Origin: Malacoraja senta
Lineage: Eukaryota
Assembly (NCBI GenBank): GCA_038087875.1
Contig: JAXLNO010005338.1
Location: 1 to 64,000, forward strand
Direction: 5' to 3'
DNA: 64,000 nucleotides
The translations under genes and the position numbers were made by a program. This document shows, piece after piece, positions 22,438-35,589 of the stretch; position 1 is the stretch's first letter, and each line of letters opens with the position of its first letter. Under the pieces are notes generated by a model that was not told the origin of the DNA, searched no databases, and saw only the letters and a program-made list of their open reading frames with translations.

Positions 22438-25248
22438 AAGCCTGAAGGCTTTGTGTCTCAATGCAAGGAGCATTCGTAATAAGGTGGATGAGTTGAACGT
22501 GCAGATAGCAATTAATGATTATGATATAGTTGGGATCACGGAGACATGGCTCCAGGGTGACCAAGGCTGGGAGCTGAACATCCAGGGATATTCAATATTC
22601 AGGAGGGATAGAGAGAAAGGAAAAGGAGGTGGGGTAGCGTTGCTGGTTAGAGAGGAGATTAACGCAGTGGAAAGGAAGGACATTAGCTTGGAGGATGTGG
22701 AATCGGTATGGGTAGAGCTGCGAAACACTAAGGGGCAGAAAACGCTGGTGGGTGTTGTGTACAGGCCACCTAGCAGTAGTAGTGAAGTTGGGGATGGCAT
22801 CAAACAGGAAATTAGAAATGCGTGCAACAAAGGCAAAACAGTTATAATGGGTGACTTCAATCTACATATAGATTGGGTGAATCAAATTGGCAGGGGTGCT
22901 GAGGAAGAGGATTTCTTGGAATGTATGAGGGATAGTTATCTAAACCAACATGTAGAGGAACCAACGAGAGAGCAGGCTATTCTAGACTGGGTATTGAGTA
23001 ATGAGGAAGGGTTAGTTAGCAGACTTGTTGTGCGTGCCCCCTTGGGCAAGAGTGACCATAATATGGTTGAGTTCTTCATTAGGATGGAGAGTGACATTGT
23101 TAATTCAGAAACAACGGTTCTGAACTTAAAGAAAGGTAACTTTGAGGGTATGAGACGTGAATTGGCCAAGATTGACTGGCAATTAGTTCTAAAAGGGTTG
23201 ACGGTGGATATGCAATGGAAGGCATTTAAAGACTGCATGGATGAACTACAAAAATTGTTCATCCCAGTTTGGCAAAAGAATAAATCAAGGAAGGTAGTGC
23301 ATCCGTGGATAACAAGGGAAATCAGGGATAGTATCAAAGCAAAAGATGATGCGTACAAATTAGCCAGAAAAAGCAGCATACCAGAGGACTGGGAGAAATT
23401 CAGAGACCAGCAGAGGAGGACAAAGGGCTTAATTAGGAAAGGGAAAATAGATTATGAAAGGAATCTGGCAGGGAACATAAAAACTGACTGCAAAAGTTTT
23501 TATAGATATGTGAAGAGAAAGAGATTAGTTAAAACAAATGTAGGTCCCTTGCAGTCAGAAACAGGTGAATTGATCATGGGGAACAAGGATATGGCAGACC
23601 AATTGAATAACTACTTTGGTTCCGTCTTCACTAAGGAAGACATAAATAATCTGCCGGAAATAGCAGGGGGCCGCGGGTCAAAGGAGATGGAGGAACTGAG
23701 TGAAATCCAGGTTAGTCGGGAAGTGGTGTTGGGTAAATTGAATGGATTAAAGGCCGATAAATCACCAAGGCCAGATAGGCTGCATCCCAGAATACTTAAG
23801 GAAGTAGCTCCAGAAATAGTGGATGCATTAGTGATAATTTTTCAAAACTCTTTAGATTCTGGAGTAGTTCCTGAGGATTGGAGGGTAGCAAACGTAACCC
23901 CACTTTTTAAGAAGGGAGGGAGAGAGAAAACGGGGAATTACAGACCAGTTAGTCTAACATCGGTAGTGGGGAAACTGCTAGAGTCAGTTATTAAAGATGG
24001 GATAGCAGCACATTTGGAAAGTGGTGAAATCATTGGACAAAGTCAGCATGGATTTACGAAAGGTAAATCGTGTCTGACGAATCTTATAGAATTTTTCGAG
24101 GATGTAACTAGTAGAGTGGATAGGGGAGAACCAGTGGATGTGTTGTATCTGGACTTTCAGAAGGCTTTCGACAAGGTACCACATAAGAGATTAGGATACA
24201 AACTTAAATCACACGGTATTGGGGGTTCAGTATTGATGTGGATAGAGAACTGGCTGGCAAACAGGAAGCAAAGAGTAGGAGTAAACGGGTCCTTTTCACA
24301 ATGGCAGGCAGTGACTAGTGGGGTACCGCAAGGCTCAGTGCTGGGACCCCAGCTATTTACAATTTATATTAATGATCTGGACGAGGGAATTGAAAGCAAC
24401 ATCTCCAAGTTTGCGGATGACACTAAGCTGGGGGGCAGTGTTAGCTGTGAGGAGGATGCTAGGAGACTGCAAGGTGACTTGGATAGGCTGGGTGAGTGGG
24501 CAAATGTTTGGCAGATGCAGTATAATGTGGATAAATGTGAGGTTATCCACTTTGGTAGCAAAAACGGGAAGGCAGGCTATTATCTAAATGGTGGCCGATT
24601 AGGAAATGGGGAGATGCAGCGAGACCTGGGTGTCATGGTACACCAGTCATTGAAAGTAGGCATGCAGGTGCAGCAGGCAGTGAAGAAGCGAATGGTATGT
24701 TGGCCTTCATAGCAAGAGGATTTGAGTATAGGAGCAGGGAGGTTCTACTGCAGTTGTACAGGGTCTTGGTGAGACCACACCTGGAGTATTGCGTACAGTT
24801 TTGGTCTCCAAATCTGAGGAAGGACATTATAGCCATAGAGGGAGTGCAGAGAAGGTTCACCAGACTGATTCCTGGGATGTCAGGACTTTCATATGAAGAA
24901 AGACTGGATAGACTTGGCTTATACTCGCTAGAATTTAGGAGATTGAGAGGGGATCTTATAGAAACGTACAAAATTCTTATGTGGTTGGACAGGCTAGATG
25001 CAGGAAGATTGTTCCCGATGTTGGGGAAGTCCAGGACAAGGGGTCACAGCTTAAGGATAAGGGGGAAATCCTTTAAGACCGAGATGAGGAAAAACTTTTT
25101 CACACAGAGAGTGGTGAATCTCTGGAACTCTCTGCCACAGAGGGTAGTTGAGGCCAGTTCATTGGCTATATTTAAGAGGGAGTTAGATGTGGCCCTTGTG
25201 GCTAAAGGGATCATGGGGTATGGAGAGAAGGCAGGTACGGGATACTGA
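22438..25248 (+). pseudogene. CR1 ORF2 (APE endonuclease + RT) with one frameshift
   Basis: LNARSIRNK..GITETW..GDFN..SDH..YRPVSL..YLDFQKAFD..GVPQGSVLGP..FADDT intact; 1-nt deletion at ~24687 (GAAGAAGCG vs GAAGAAAGCG in the second copy). The true start codon is uncertain. Confidence 0.93.
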
Positions 25249-25480
25249 GTTGGATGATCAGCCATGATCGTATTGAATGGCGATGCAGGCTCGAAGGGCC
25301 GAATGGCCTACTCCTGCACCTATTTTCTATGTATCTATGTATCTATACCTAGAATGCTCTACCAGGAGTGTTGGTAGAGGAGGACATGATAATGGTGCTT
25401 AAGAAGGTTTTGGACAGGCTTGTGGTAATGCAGGGAATACAAGGATATGGATCACATGCAGGCAGTGGAGATGAGTTTTG

Positions 25481-25755
25481 GTTTAGTTTAGAGATAAAGT
25501 ATGGAAACAGGAACTTTGGGCCACTGAGTCCGCACTGACCAGCAATTGCCCATTCACTATTTCTGTCCAACAAGCTAGGGCCAATTAACCTACAAACCTG
25601 CATGTCTTTTGTATTTTGGAGAAAACCGGAGCCCCCAGAGAAAACCCACAGGGTGACACAGGGAACATACAAACTCCGTCACGAGACAGCACTCTAGTCA
25701 GGATCGAACCCGGGTCTCTAATGCTGTAAGACAGCCACTCTATCACTGTGCCTCT
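25481..25755 (-). mobile_element. V-SINE (HE1-like)
   Basis: Same head, core and tail as 2718-3027; a further decayed copy lies at ~27520-27785. Confidence 0.75.
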
Positions 25756-25949
25756 GTGTTGCCTTCGTTTAACTTGGTATCCTGTTCGACATGGACATTG
25801 CAGGCTGAAAGTCCTGTTCTTGTACTGTTCTATGTTCTATATATTCTCATTGGACAGGGCAGGGATATGTTTTCCACTCCTCCAGCCTCCACGTTGTATA
25901 CTTACTCCCAGTTTAAATCTGATTCAATTAGTCAATCCATTTCTCCCTC

Positions 25950-26430
25950 CCCTCCTGCCCTGATCCCCATTCAATATCTTGAAGTAGTCATTCCCTGTTT
26001 CACTCCCTGGTCTGTCTACTATTCCCACAACTTTCCTCTACTTTCCTGTCTGGGTGCATGCAACATCTATCCATTTACCTCTTCCCTTCCCACTGTCCAT
26101 AGACCCAGGTAGTTCTTCAAAGTGAAACAGCGTGAAACACTTGGACTTCCAGTCAAATCTGCTGCATTTGGTTTTCATGACGTAATCTTCCACATTGCAT
26201 CAATGAAACAAATTGAGTGGCTGCTTTTTGGAGAACCTGCATTCAATCCATGGAACTTTCTAAGATTCCTAATTCCTGCCACTCTAATTCTCCATTCAAC
26301 ACCCACCATGATCCATCCATCTGCACCTCTTACACTAGGATAACAAGGGTGAAAGTGTCCTTGAGGACCAACAACTCAGCTTCTGTCTGGACATGTTGCA
26401 GCCTTTCAAACTCAATTCCACATTCAACGA
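25950..26430 (+). mobile_element. Decayed Penelope GIY-YIG remnant
   Basis: CATTTACCTCTTCCCTTCCCACTGTCCATAGACCCAGG..TTCAAAGTGAAACAG aligns with the reverse complement of the GIY-YIG region at ~8100-8470. Confidence 0.6.
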
Positions 26431-29054
26431 GTTGCATTCCCTGTCGATAAAAGAAGTGGTCATTTCAACTGTTAAGTTGAAGTCAGAAAGAGCAGATGCA
26501 AGAAGTATGAAGCAGGATCCCAAGCTGAAACATTACATAACCATGTCTTCCAGATGCTGCCTGAGCCACTGAGTTACACCTGCACGTTCTTGTGTTTTTT
26601 TAAATTACAATAAAGTTATCCACCAGCAAAATCAGGACAGTCTGACCTACTTGAGTACTGCAGTATGTGCTGCATTTTATATAACTCTGTTTAGTTTCAT
26701 GCATGCAGAGATGCAGTGAAATGGTTTGGATGGAACAGCAGATGCTGGACACCCCGTCCCTTCTCTCCAGAGATGCTGCCTGTCCCACTGAGTTACTCCA
26801 CCTTTTTGTGTCTATCTGCAGTGAAATGGTTGCTCTGCATTCTCTCCAGTCAAGTCATACTGTACATAAGTACAATACGTCCACTTCTGGAACAGCGCGC
26901 AGAGATCCACCACATTCCAGGGACTATCTTGCAGCTTCCAAGTCTCTGAAAAGTCTGATTTTGCCCTAAGGAAATACCCAATTTCTCATGTTAAGGCCCA
27001 GTGTCATAACAGCACTGCATTGATGAAGTAGAGGCGCCTGCCTCAGTTTACGTTTTTCTGTTTCAAGATTGTGATCAAACCCTCATCACTGAACTGTGTC
27101 GCAGTGCCACCCATTACGTATGTCCCAATTATCTTTCAACATGCTGGAATCACTTGTTTTTTTATCCATTTTAGACTTTTTTCATGAATTGTTCAGCATA
27201 AACAGTTATGCTACAACAGTTAAGCGCAACTACCACTTAGTTCCAGATACGTAACAACACAAGAGATAGTGTTGGAAGAATGATCAAACTCACACATAGT
27301 GGTTAGAATCCATAGTCTATTATTAGTAACTCTGCAGAGGAAACACAAGGTGCTTTCTTCTCAGCATGCTTACTACCAGTCTACCAGAGGGAGAGAGGGA
27401 GAGAGAGAGAGAGAGAGAAAGCTGTCTAATAAGCCTGTGGGCGGAGCCACAGTATGAGTGACACCAATCTACAGATAGGCACAGGGGTAAGTTTCGGTTT
27501 ATTATTGTCACGTTTAGTTTCGAGGTACAGCATGGAAATAGGCCTTTTGTCCCACTGAACCTGTGCTGACTAATGACCACCCAAATATTAGTTCTATCCT
27601 ACACACTAGGGACAATTTACAGAAGCCAAAAAACTTACAAACCTGCACGTCTTTGAATGTGACGGAACTGCAGCACCCGGAGATAACTCACATGGTCACA
27701 GAGAGAATATATGAACTCTATATAGACAGCACCCATTGTCAGGATTGAACTTTGGTCTGTGGTACTGTAAGGCAGCAACTTTCCAGGTACAGTTGCATGC
27801 TATCAAATTGGATGAGATAATAACATACATATATATGATCAAGTCAACTCAAGTACTGAAGGTAGAGCAAAGGGGAAGGTACAGAGTGTGGCATATAGTT
27901 CTCAGCAATGTAGCACACCAGTTCCATTAGATATGGGTTTCGACATGAAATGTGACACATTCCTTCTCTCCAGAGATGCTGCCTGACCCGTTGAGTTACT
28001 CTAGTATTTTGTGTCTATCTGCAGTTTAAACCAGCATCTACAGTTCCTTCCTACATAGTTCTATAAACAAAGTCCACTGTCTGTAATGGGGTGGTGGTCA
28101 ATTGGACAGAACCCTAGCTTATGGAACGATCATTCAGAAGCCTGATTTTCTCCTCGGTTATCAAGTTTCCGAGTAAGCCATTTGGTCCTCTAACCTGCCC
28201 GCCATTCAATATGACCATGGCTGACGTTCCTCAGGCATCAACTCCTGTTCGGTGCCAGTTCCTCATTGCACTCAATTCTCCAATCTTTCAAAAGTTTAAC
28301 TACCGCCACATTAAATACTTCCAATGATTTTGTCTTCACAAATCTCTGGCGCCAGAGAATGACCACACTCTGCAAAAAGAGATTTTGTAAACAAATGACT
28401 GGTCTCTTTTATCTCTTATTGAAGAGGAGTGAAAATACGGCCAATTTTAAGCTTGTCCCCTCCCCAATTGGCCCTCATTTCATAACTTGTCAATTATTTA
28501 TTATTGTCAATAATGTGCCCTAGTGAAAAGATTTGCCGTTGGTATTAGTTTATTATTGTCACATGAACTGAGATAGTCAAAAGTTTGTCTGTGTGTTATC
28601 CAATCAGATCATACTACACATGTGCAATCAAGCCATCCACAAGTAGATCAGTGCAAAGAGAAAACGACTCAGAGTGCAGAATATCGGGTTACAATATCAT
28701 AGCATTACAGTTACAGAGAAAGTGCAGATCAAAAAGAGTTGCAAGGATCACAATGAGATTGGTTGGAAGTTCAGGGCAACATCTTATCTTACATGAGAAT
28801 CATTCAGTAGTCCAATAACAGCGGGGAAGAAGCTGTTCCTGAATTTAATGGTACGTACTTTCAAACTTTCTTGTGTACTGTCTTAACAGGGAGCATACAA
28901 TCCCTTTTATTTGGTTGGTTGATGGGACGAAAGAGGCAAAATGGGGCAGATGTGGACAGTAACTTGGTTGTTGTAGTGGACTGAAGAATATTTTGTGATG
29001 GGTGAATGTGCAAGTTTTACTGAAGGTGAAAATAACCATCTTACGGCCTTGTAG

Positions 29055-29321
29055 TTTTCCCTGAGGTCACTCTCGCTGCCCGCCCTGATGATCATTCAGT
29101 CCTGTACTGCACTGTGTTTGGATTTTACCCACCGGCCATCAATGTCAGCTGGTTGCAGAATGGTCAACATGTCTCTGAGACCAAATCTTCTGGGGTCATA
29201 CCCAACAATGATGGAACATATCATCTAAGGTCTGTCCTTGAGTATGATCCATATGATGGGAAACAGTATTCCTGTCATGTCAATCACAGCAGCCTGCCCG
29301 GTGGGAAGATCATCATCTGGG
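29055..29321 (+). CDS. MHC class I-type heavy chain, alpha3 (Ig C1-set) exon
   Basis: Acceptor CCTTGTAG|, donor G|GTAAGA, 267 nt, phase 1-1. Translation (x)FPEVTLAARPDDHSVLYCTVFGFYPPAINVSWLQNGQHVSETKSSGVIPNNDGTYHLRSVLEYDPYDGKQYSCHVNHSSLPGGKIIIW has C..GFYP.I.V.W, PN.DGTY (class I alpha3 type, not class II beta DWT) and YSC.V.HSSL..W. Confidence 0.9.
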
Positions 29322-29619
29322 GTAAGAACGTTAAATATTCTTTCATAGATAATCATTATCTTCTGTTATATCCATTTTAATCATCGTGAATACATCCCAT
29401 ATTCCAAGATGCTTAAACTTTCTTTGTTTAGTGGTGTTGCTCTAAGTAATCACGTAATCAGCACCCACTCTCCACATGAGCAGAAGACTTTGTCAACAGA
29501 ACATTTATCAAAAGTAAATAAATAACTCATATACAAGGAAGGAGTATTTGGGATTCTCAGTGGTGGAACTGATATCCATGAAAGGTATGTTTAAATAATA
29601 AATGAATCTTGATGTGATT

Positions 29620-30330
29620 AACAACAAGGCACTGGGGGAGTACATGCCCCAATCCAAATCAATGGTCCGAAGTGGAAATGATTGAGAGCTTCATGTTCCT
29701 TGGCATGAATTTATCCAATATTCTGTCATGGACTGGCCACATAGCCAAGGAGGCACACCAACACCTCTACATCCTCAGGAGACTGAGGATATTCATCATG
29801 TCTCTGGTGACTCCAGCAAACATCTATAGATGCCGCTAGAGAAAGCATGTTGTTGGGTTGCATCACATCTTGATTTGGGAACTGCACTGCCCAAGACTGC
29901 AAGAATATACAAAGAGTTAAAGATCATCACACAGCCCAGACTTCCCACTATTGACCCAATCTACACCAGGTTGCCTTGGAAAACGAGACTTATCCCACCC
30001 CGGTTATTCCTCCTTCCTGCTCCCATCAGGCAATAGGTACTGAAAGTTGAAAATATTCACTGCCAGACTCAGGAACACCCCCTTTCCACCTGTTATCAGG
30101 CTTCGGAAGGGTCCTTCCATAATGTAGGTTTAAAGCCCGATTCACCTCAACCTCATTGCACATTGAACATTGTCTATGGAACTGATGTGTTACAATGCTG
30201 AGAACTATATTCTGTACTCTGTATCCTCCTCTTTGCTCTATCTATTGTTTTTGAGTTTGTATTTATGTATAGTTTTATAATTTGTTTGGATAGCATACAA
30301 AACAAACCTTTGCTCTGTATTTTGAAACAT
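29620..30330 (+). mobile_element. Rex1/Babar-type 3' remnant in the alpha3-TM intron
   Basis: GTGGAAATGATTGAGAGCTTCATGTTCCTTGGC..GCACACCAACACCTCTAC.TCCTCAGGAGACTGAGG, the decayed F.FLG..KA.QRLY.LRRL segment. Confidence 0.6.
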
Positions 30331-31866
30331 CTGGCATTAATAAAACAAAACCTAATGAAGTAAGTTCCAGGACGCAAGTTACAGATTCAGCAACGAAAAA
30401 TATAACTGCCTGACAAACAGCGATCGTACTAGTTTGATTCCAGGTATGCTGCACGAACCTACACAAATGTTCACTTCTGTAGATTCCCTCGAACAATGCA
30501 CAGCTAAGGAATCTGATGTTTCACTGTGAAGACTGTTGACATACTCCAGAACTTAATTTCCAACCTATCTATGTATCATCAGCAATCTAGGCTACAGCGC
30601 CATCAGTCCCTTCATCTGCTCTTAATACCAACGATAAGTAGTTCACTTTCTTGCATTGATTCCCATCCTGCAGTTGCAGTTTCCCAACCTGAACACTCCT
30701 TTAAGACAACTCTCTGCTTGCTCTTAATTGTTTTTCCATTCATGCTAATTATTACTCTCATTGTCATAAGCCATGTGCCTTTGCAACACTTGATCAGATA
30801 TCTTATGAAAATCCAGATATTGTGGCGACATCTGGTGGTCAGGCCACTTATAGCTAGAACCCTCATCAGGGGAGCTGGGACTATCACGTGAGTGACAGGG
30901 TTTTGGTGGGAGTTGGTGATGAGTTAATCGCCAGTCAACTGGTGTGCCCGATAACAACGGCAGGAACTTTGCTCAAGTCCTTACTAAACGCGAGTGGGCC
31001 AAAACTGTATTTCTTTAAAAAACATTGATTTGTTCACGACGTTTGGATCTCTACAATATATTGTATTTCTTTTGTTTCTCATTCCAATTTTGTTACCTAT
31101 TCTGCTTTTCCATCATTTTGTTTTTGAATTTTAGGCTTTTCACACCTGCTGCTCGAATATACATTGTCTACGGGTTCCTGTTGCATTTTCAAAGAATTCT
31201 AATCAATTTCTCAAACAAAGTTTGAAGAAGGATCCCAAAACGAAACGACACCTGTCCATGTGTAAGAAGAAACTGCAAATGCTGGTTTACACCGAAGATG
31301 GACACAAATTGCTGGAATAACTCAGCTGGTCAGCCAGCATCTCTGGAGAAAAGGAATAGGTGATGAATCCGTGTTCGCCAGGGATGCTGCCTGTTCCGCT
31401 GAGTTACTACAGCATTTTGTGTCTATCATGTATATTCTTTCCGCTGACTGATTAGCACGTAACAAAAGCTTTTCACTGTAGCTCAATACATGTGACAATA
31501 AACTAAACTAAAGCTTTTGTGTAAATCAGTATCTGCATCTCTTTCTTTCTACAATGCCCTGATAATGCACGTTATTGTTTTGTTATTACTTAAATGTTCT
31601 GCCATTATTGAAAGGAATCCAGCATTTTCCCCAAAACAAATTTTAGTTTATATAGGGTTAAAGCTTTCTGCTTTCAATTCACCTTCTTTCTTGAATTAAG
31701 TTGTGGCTGTGATGGTGCCATAGATCATAGAGTTGTACAGAACATATATTGTCCCTTTGCCATGCTGCAGAACTCCGTGATTCAAAACACCATATCATCT
31801 TATATACCTTGAAAAGCGCCAAAGATAGACACAAAATGCTGGAGTAACTCAGCGGTCAGGTAACAT

Positions 31867-34800
31867 AGATACATAGATACATAGATACATAGAAAATAGG
31901 TGCAGGAGTAGGCCATTCGGCCCTTCGAGCCTGCACCGCCATTCAATACGATCATGGCTGATCATCCAACTCAGTATCCCGTACCTGCCTTCTCTCCATA
32001 CCCCCTGATCCCTTTAGCCACAAGGGCCACATCTAATTCCCTCTTAAATATAGCCAATGAACTGGCCTCAACTACCCTCTGTGGCAGAGAGTTCCAGAGA
32101 TTCACCACTCTCTGTGTGAAAAAGTTTTTCCTCATCTCGGTCTTAAAGGATTTCCCCCTTATCCTTAAGCTGTGACCCCTTGTCCTGGACTTCCCCAACA
32201 TCGGGAACAATCTTCCTGCATCTAGCCTGTCCAACCCCATAAGAATTTTGTACGTTTCTATAAGATCCCCTCTCAATCTCCTAAATTCTAGCGAGTATAA
32301 GCCAAGTCTATCCAGTCTTTCTTCATATGAAAGTCCTGACATCCCAGGAATCAGTCTGGTGAACCTTCTCTGCACTCCCTCTAGGGCTATAATGTCCTTC
32401 CTCAGATTTGGGGACCAAAACTGAACGCAATACTCCAGGTGTGGTCTCACCAAGACCCTGTACAACTGCAGTAGAACTTCCCTGCTCCTACACTCAAATC
32501 CTCTTGCTATGAAGGCCAACATACCATTCGCTTTCTTCACTGCCTGCTGCACCTGCATGCCTACTTTCAATGACTGGTGTACCATGACACCCAGGTCTCG
32601 CTGCATCTCCCCATTTCCTAATCGGCCACCATTTAGATAATAGTCTGCCTTCCCGTTTTTGCTACCAAAGTGGATAACCTCACATTTATCCACATTATAC
32701 TGCATCTGCCAAACATTTGCCCACTCACCCAGCCTATCCAAGTCACCTTGCAGTCTCCTAGCATCCTCCTCACAGCTAACACTGCCCCCCAGCTTAGTGC
32801 CATCCGCAAACTTGGAGATGTTGCTTTCAATTCCCTCGTCCAGATCATTAATATAAATTGTAAATAGCTGGGGTCCCAGCACTGAGCCTTGCGGTACCCC
32901 ACTAGTCACTGCCTGCCATTGTGAAAAGGACCCGTTTACTCCTACTCTTTGCTTCCTGTTTGCCAGCCAGTTCTCTATCCACATCAATACTGAAACCCCA
33001 ATACCGTGTGATTTAAGTTTGTATCCTAATCTCTTATGTGGTACCTTGTCGAAAGCCTTCTGAAAGTCCAGATACAACACATCCACTGGTTCTCCCCTAT
33101 CCACTCTACTAGTTACATCCTCGAAAAATTCTATAAGATTCGTCAGACACGATTTACCTTTCGTAAATCCATGCTGACTTTGTCCAATGATTTCACCACT
33201 TTCCAAATGTGCTGCTATCCCATCTTTAATAACTGACTCTAGCAGTTTCCCCACTACCGATGTTAGACTAACTGGTCTGTAATTCCCCGTTTTCTCTCTC
33301 CCTCCCTTCTTAAAAAGTGGGGTTACGTTTGCTACCCTCCAATCCTCAGGAACTACTCCAGAATCTAAAGAGTTTTGAAAAATTATCACTAATGCATCCA
33401 CTATTTCTGGAGCTACTTCCTTAAGTACTCTGGGATGCAGCCTATCTGGCCCTGGTGATTTATCGGCCTTTAATCCATTCAATTTACCCAACACCACTTC
33501 CCGATTAACCTGGATTTCACTCAGTTCCTCCATCTCCTTTGACCCGCGGCCCCCTGCTATTTCCGGCAGATTATTTATGTCTTCCATAGTGAAGACGGAA
33601 CCAAAGTAGTTATTCAATTGGTCTGCCATATCCTTGTTCCCCATGATCAATTCACCTGTTTCTGACTGCAAGGGACCTACATTTGTTTTAACTAATCTCT
33701 TTCTCTTCACATATCTATAAAAACTTTTGCAGTCAGTTTTTATGTTCCCTGCCAGTTTCCTTTCATAATCTATTTTCCCTTTCCTAATTAAGCCCTTTGT
33801 CCTCCTCTGCTGGTCTCTGAATTTCTCCCAGTCCTCTGGTATGCTGCTTTTTCTGGCTAATTTGTACGCATCATCTTTTGCTTTGATACTATCCCTGATT
33901 TCCCTTGTTATCCACGGATGCACTACCTTCCGTGATTTATTCTTTTGCCAAACTGGGATGAACAATTTTTGTAGTTCATCCATGCAGTCTTTAAATGCCT
34001 TCCATTGCATATCCACCGTCAACCCTTTTAGAACTATTTGCCAGTCAATCTTGGCCAATTCACGTCTCATACCCTCAAAGTCACCTTTCTTTAAGTTCAG
34101 AACCGCTGTTTCTGAATTAACAATGTCACTCTCCATCCTAATGAAGAACTCAACCATATTATGATCACTCTTGCCCAAGGGGGCACGCACAACAAGTCTG
34201 CTAACTAACCCTTCCTCATTACTCAATACCCAGTCTAGAATAGCCTGCTCTCTCGTTGGTTCCTCTACATGTTGGTTTAGATAACTATCCCTCATACATT
34301 CCAAGAAATCCTCTTCCTCAGCACCCCTGCCAATTTGATTCACCCAATCTATATGTAGATTGAAGTCACCCATTATAACTGTTTTGCCTTTGTTGCACGC
34401 ATTTCTAATTTCCTGTTTGATGCCATCCCCAACTTCACTACTACTGCTAGGTGGCCTGTACACAACACCCACCAGCGTTTTCTGCCCCTTAGTGTTTCGC
34501 AGCTCTACCCATACCGATTCCACATCCTCCAAGCTAATGTCCTTCCTTTCCACTGACTTAATCTCCTCTCTAACAAGCAACGCTACCCCACCTCCTTTTC
34601 CTTTCTCTCTATCCCTCCTGAATATTGAATATCCCTGGATGTTCAGCTCCCAGCCTTGGTCACCCTGGAGCCATGTCTCCGTGATCCCAACTATATCATA
34701 ATCATTCATTGCTATCTGCACGTTCAACTCATCCACCTTATTACGAATGCTCCTTGCATTGAGACACAAAGCCTTCAGGTTTGTTTTTACAACGCTCTTA

Positions 34801-35589
34801 CCCCTTATACAATTATGTTGAAAAGTGGCTCTTTTTGATTTTTGCCCTGGATTTGTCTGCCTGCCACTTTTACCTTTCACCTTGCTACCTATTGCCTCCT
34901 GCCTCACACACTGTCTAATAGCATTCTCTATTTGAGTCCCTCCCCCCAACCATTCTAGTTTAAAGACTCCCCAGTAGCCTTTGCAGATCTCCCCGCCAGG
35001 ATATCGGTCCCCCTCAGGTTCAAGTGCAACCCATCCTTTTTGTACAGGTCGAACCTTCCACAAAAGAGGTCCCAATGATCCAGAAATTTGAATCCCTGCC
35101 TTCTGCACCAGTCCTTCAGCCACGCATTTATCCTCCACCTCGCTCCATTCCTACTCTCACTGTCGCGTGGTACAGGCAGTAATCCCGAGATTGTTACCTT
35201 TGCTGTCCTTCTCTTTAATTCCCCTCCTAACTCCCTAAATTCTCCTTTCAGGACCTCTTCTCTTTTTTTACCTATGTCATTGGTACCTATATGTATCACG
35301 ACCTCGGGCTCCTCTCCCTGCCCTTTCAGGATGTCTTGGACACGTTGAGACACATCACAGACCCTGGCACCAGGGAGGCAAACTACCATCCGGGTCTCCC
35401 GACTGCGTCCACAGAATCGCCTGTCTGACCTCCTAACTATAGAGTCCCCTATTAATATTGCCCTCCTCTTCTTTTCCTTACCCTTCTGAGCAACAGGCCC
35501 GGTCTCTATACCGGAAGCCCGGCCGCTGTCGCTACCCCCAGGTAGGCTGTCCACCCCAACAGTGCTCAAACAGGAGTACTTATTGTCAA
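31867..35589 (-). mobile_element. Young CR1 LINE, 5'-truncated within ORF1
   Basis: About 98-99% identical by eye to 21487-25346; (ACATAGAT)n tail at 31862-31890; inserted into a Penelope-derived terminus with ~8-bp TSD GGTAACAT (31859-31866, 35590-35597, partly microhomology). Confidence 0.97.
31971..34830 (-). CDS. CR1 ORF2, uninterrupted but with catalytic FADD changed to FADG
   Basis: Part of the 1055-aa minus ORF, with full EN and RT motifs; codon GGC (plus 32799-32801) replaces the GAC of the other copy. Confidence 0.9.

Larger units (their letters stand above)
20637..25346 (+). mobile_element. Near full-length young CR1 LINE (HER1-like)
   Basis: 5' repeat array, ORF1, ORF2 and (ATCTATGT)n tail, all seen directly. 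Confidence 0.97.

Noticed and set aside
27068-27117. 50-nt exon-like segment with a good acceptor and GTATGT donor (DCDQTLITELCRSATHY)
   Set aside because: Phase 1-to-0 is incompatible with joining alpha3, and it has no recognisable MHC similarity.
29055-29321. Assignment of the C1 exon to class II beta, W-category WB, tapasin/TAPBPR or an Ig/TCR constant region
   Set aside because: PNNDGTY and HSSL..W plus a TM lacking class II glycine motifs fit class I alpha3 best; WB and tapasin-like options are disfavoured but not formally excluded without a phylogeny.
31971-35138. 1055-aa ORF as a fully active retrotransposase or host gene
   Set aside because: It is CR1 ORF2 with an out-of-frame run-through of ORF1/spacer at its N-terminus, the RT catalytic motif is FADG, and the element lacks its 5' end.
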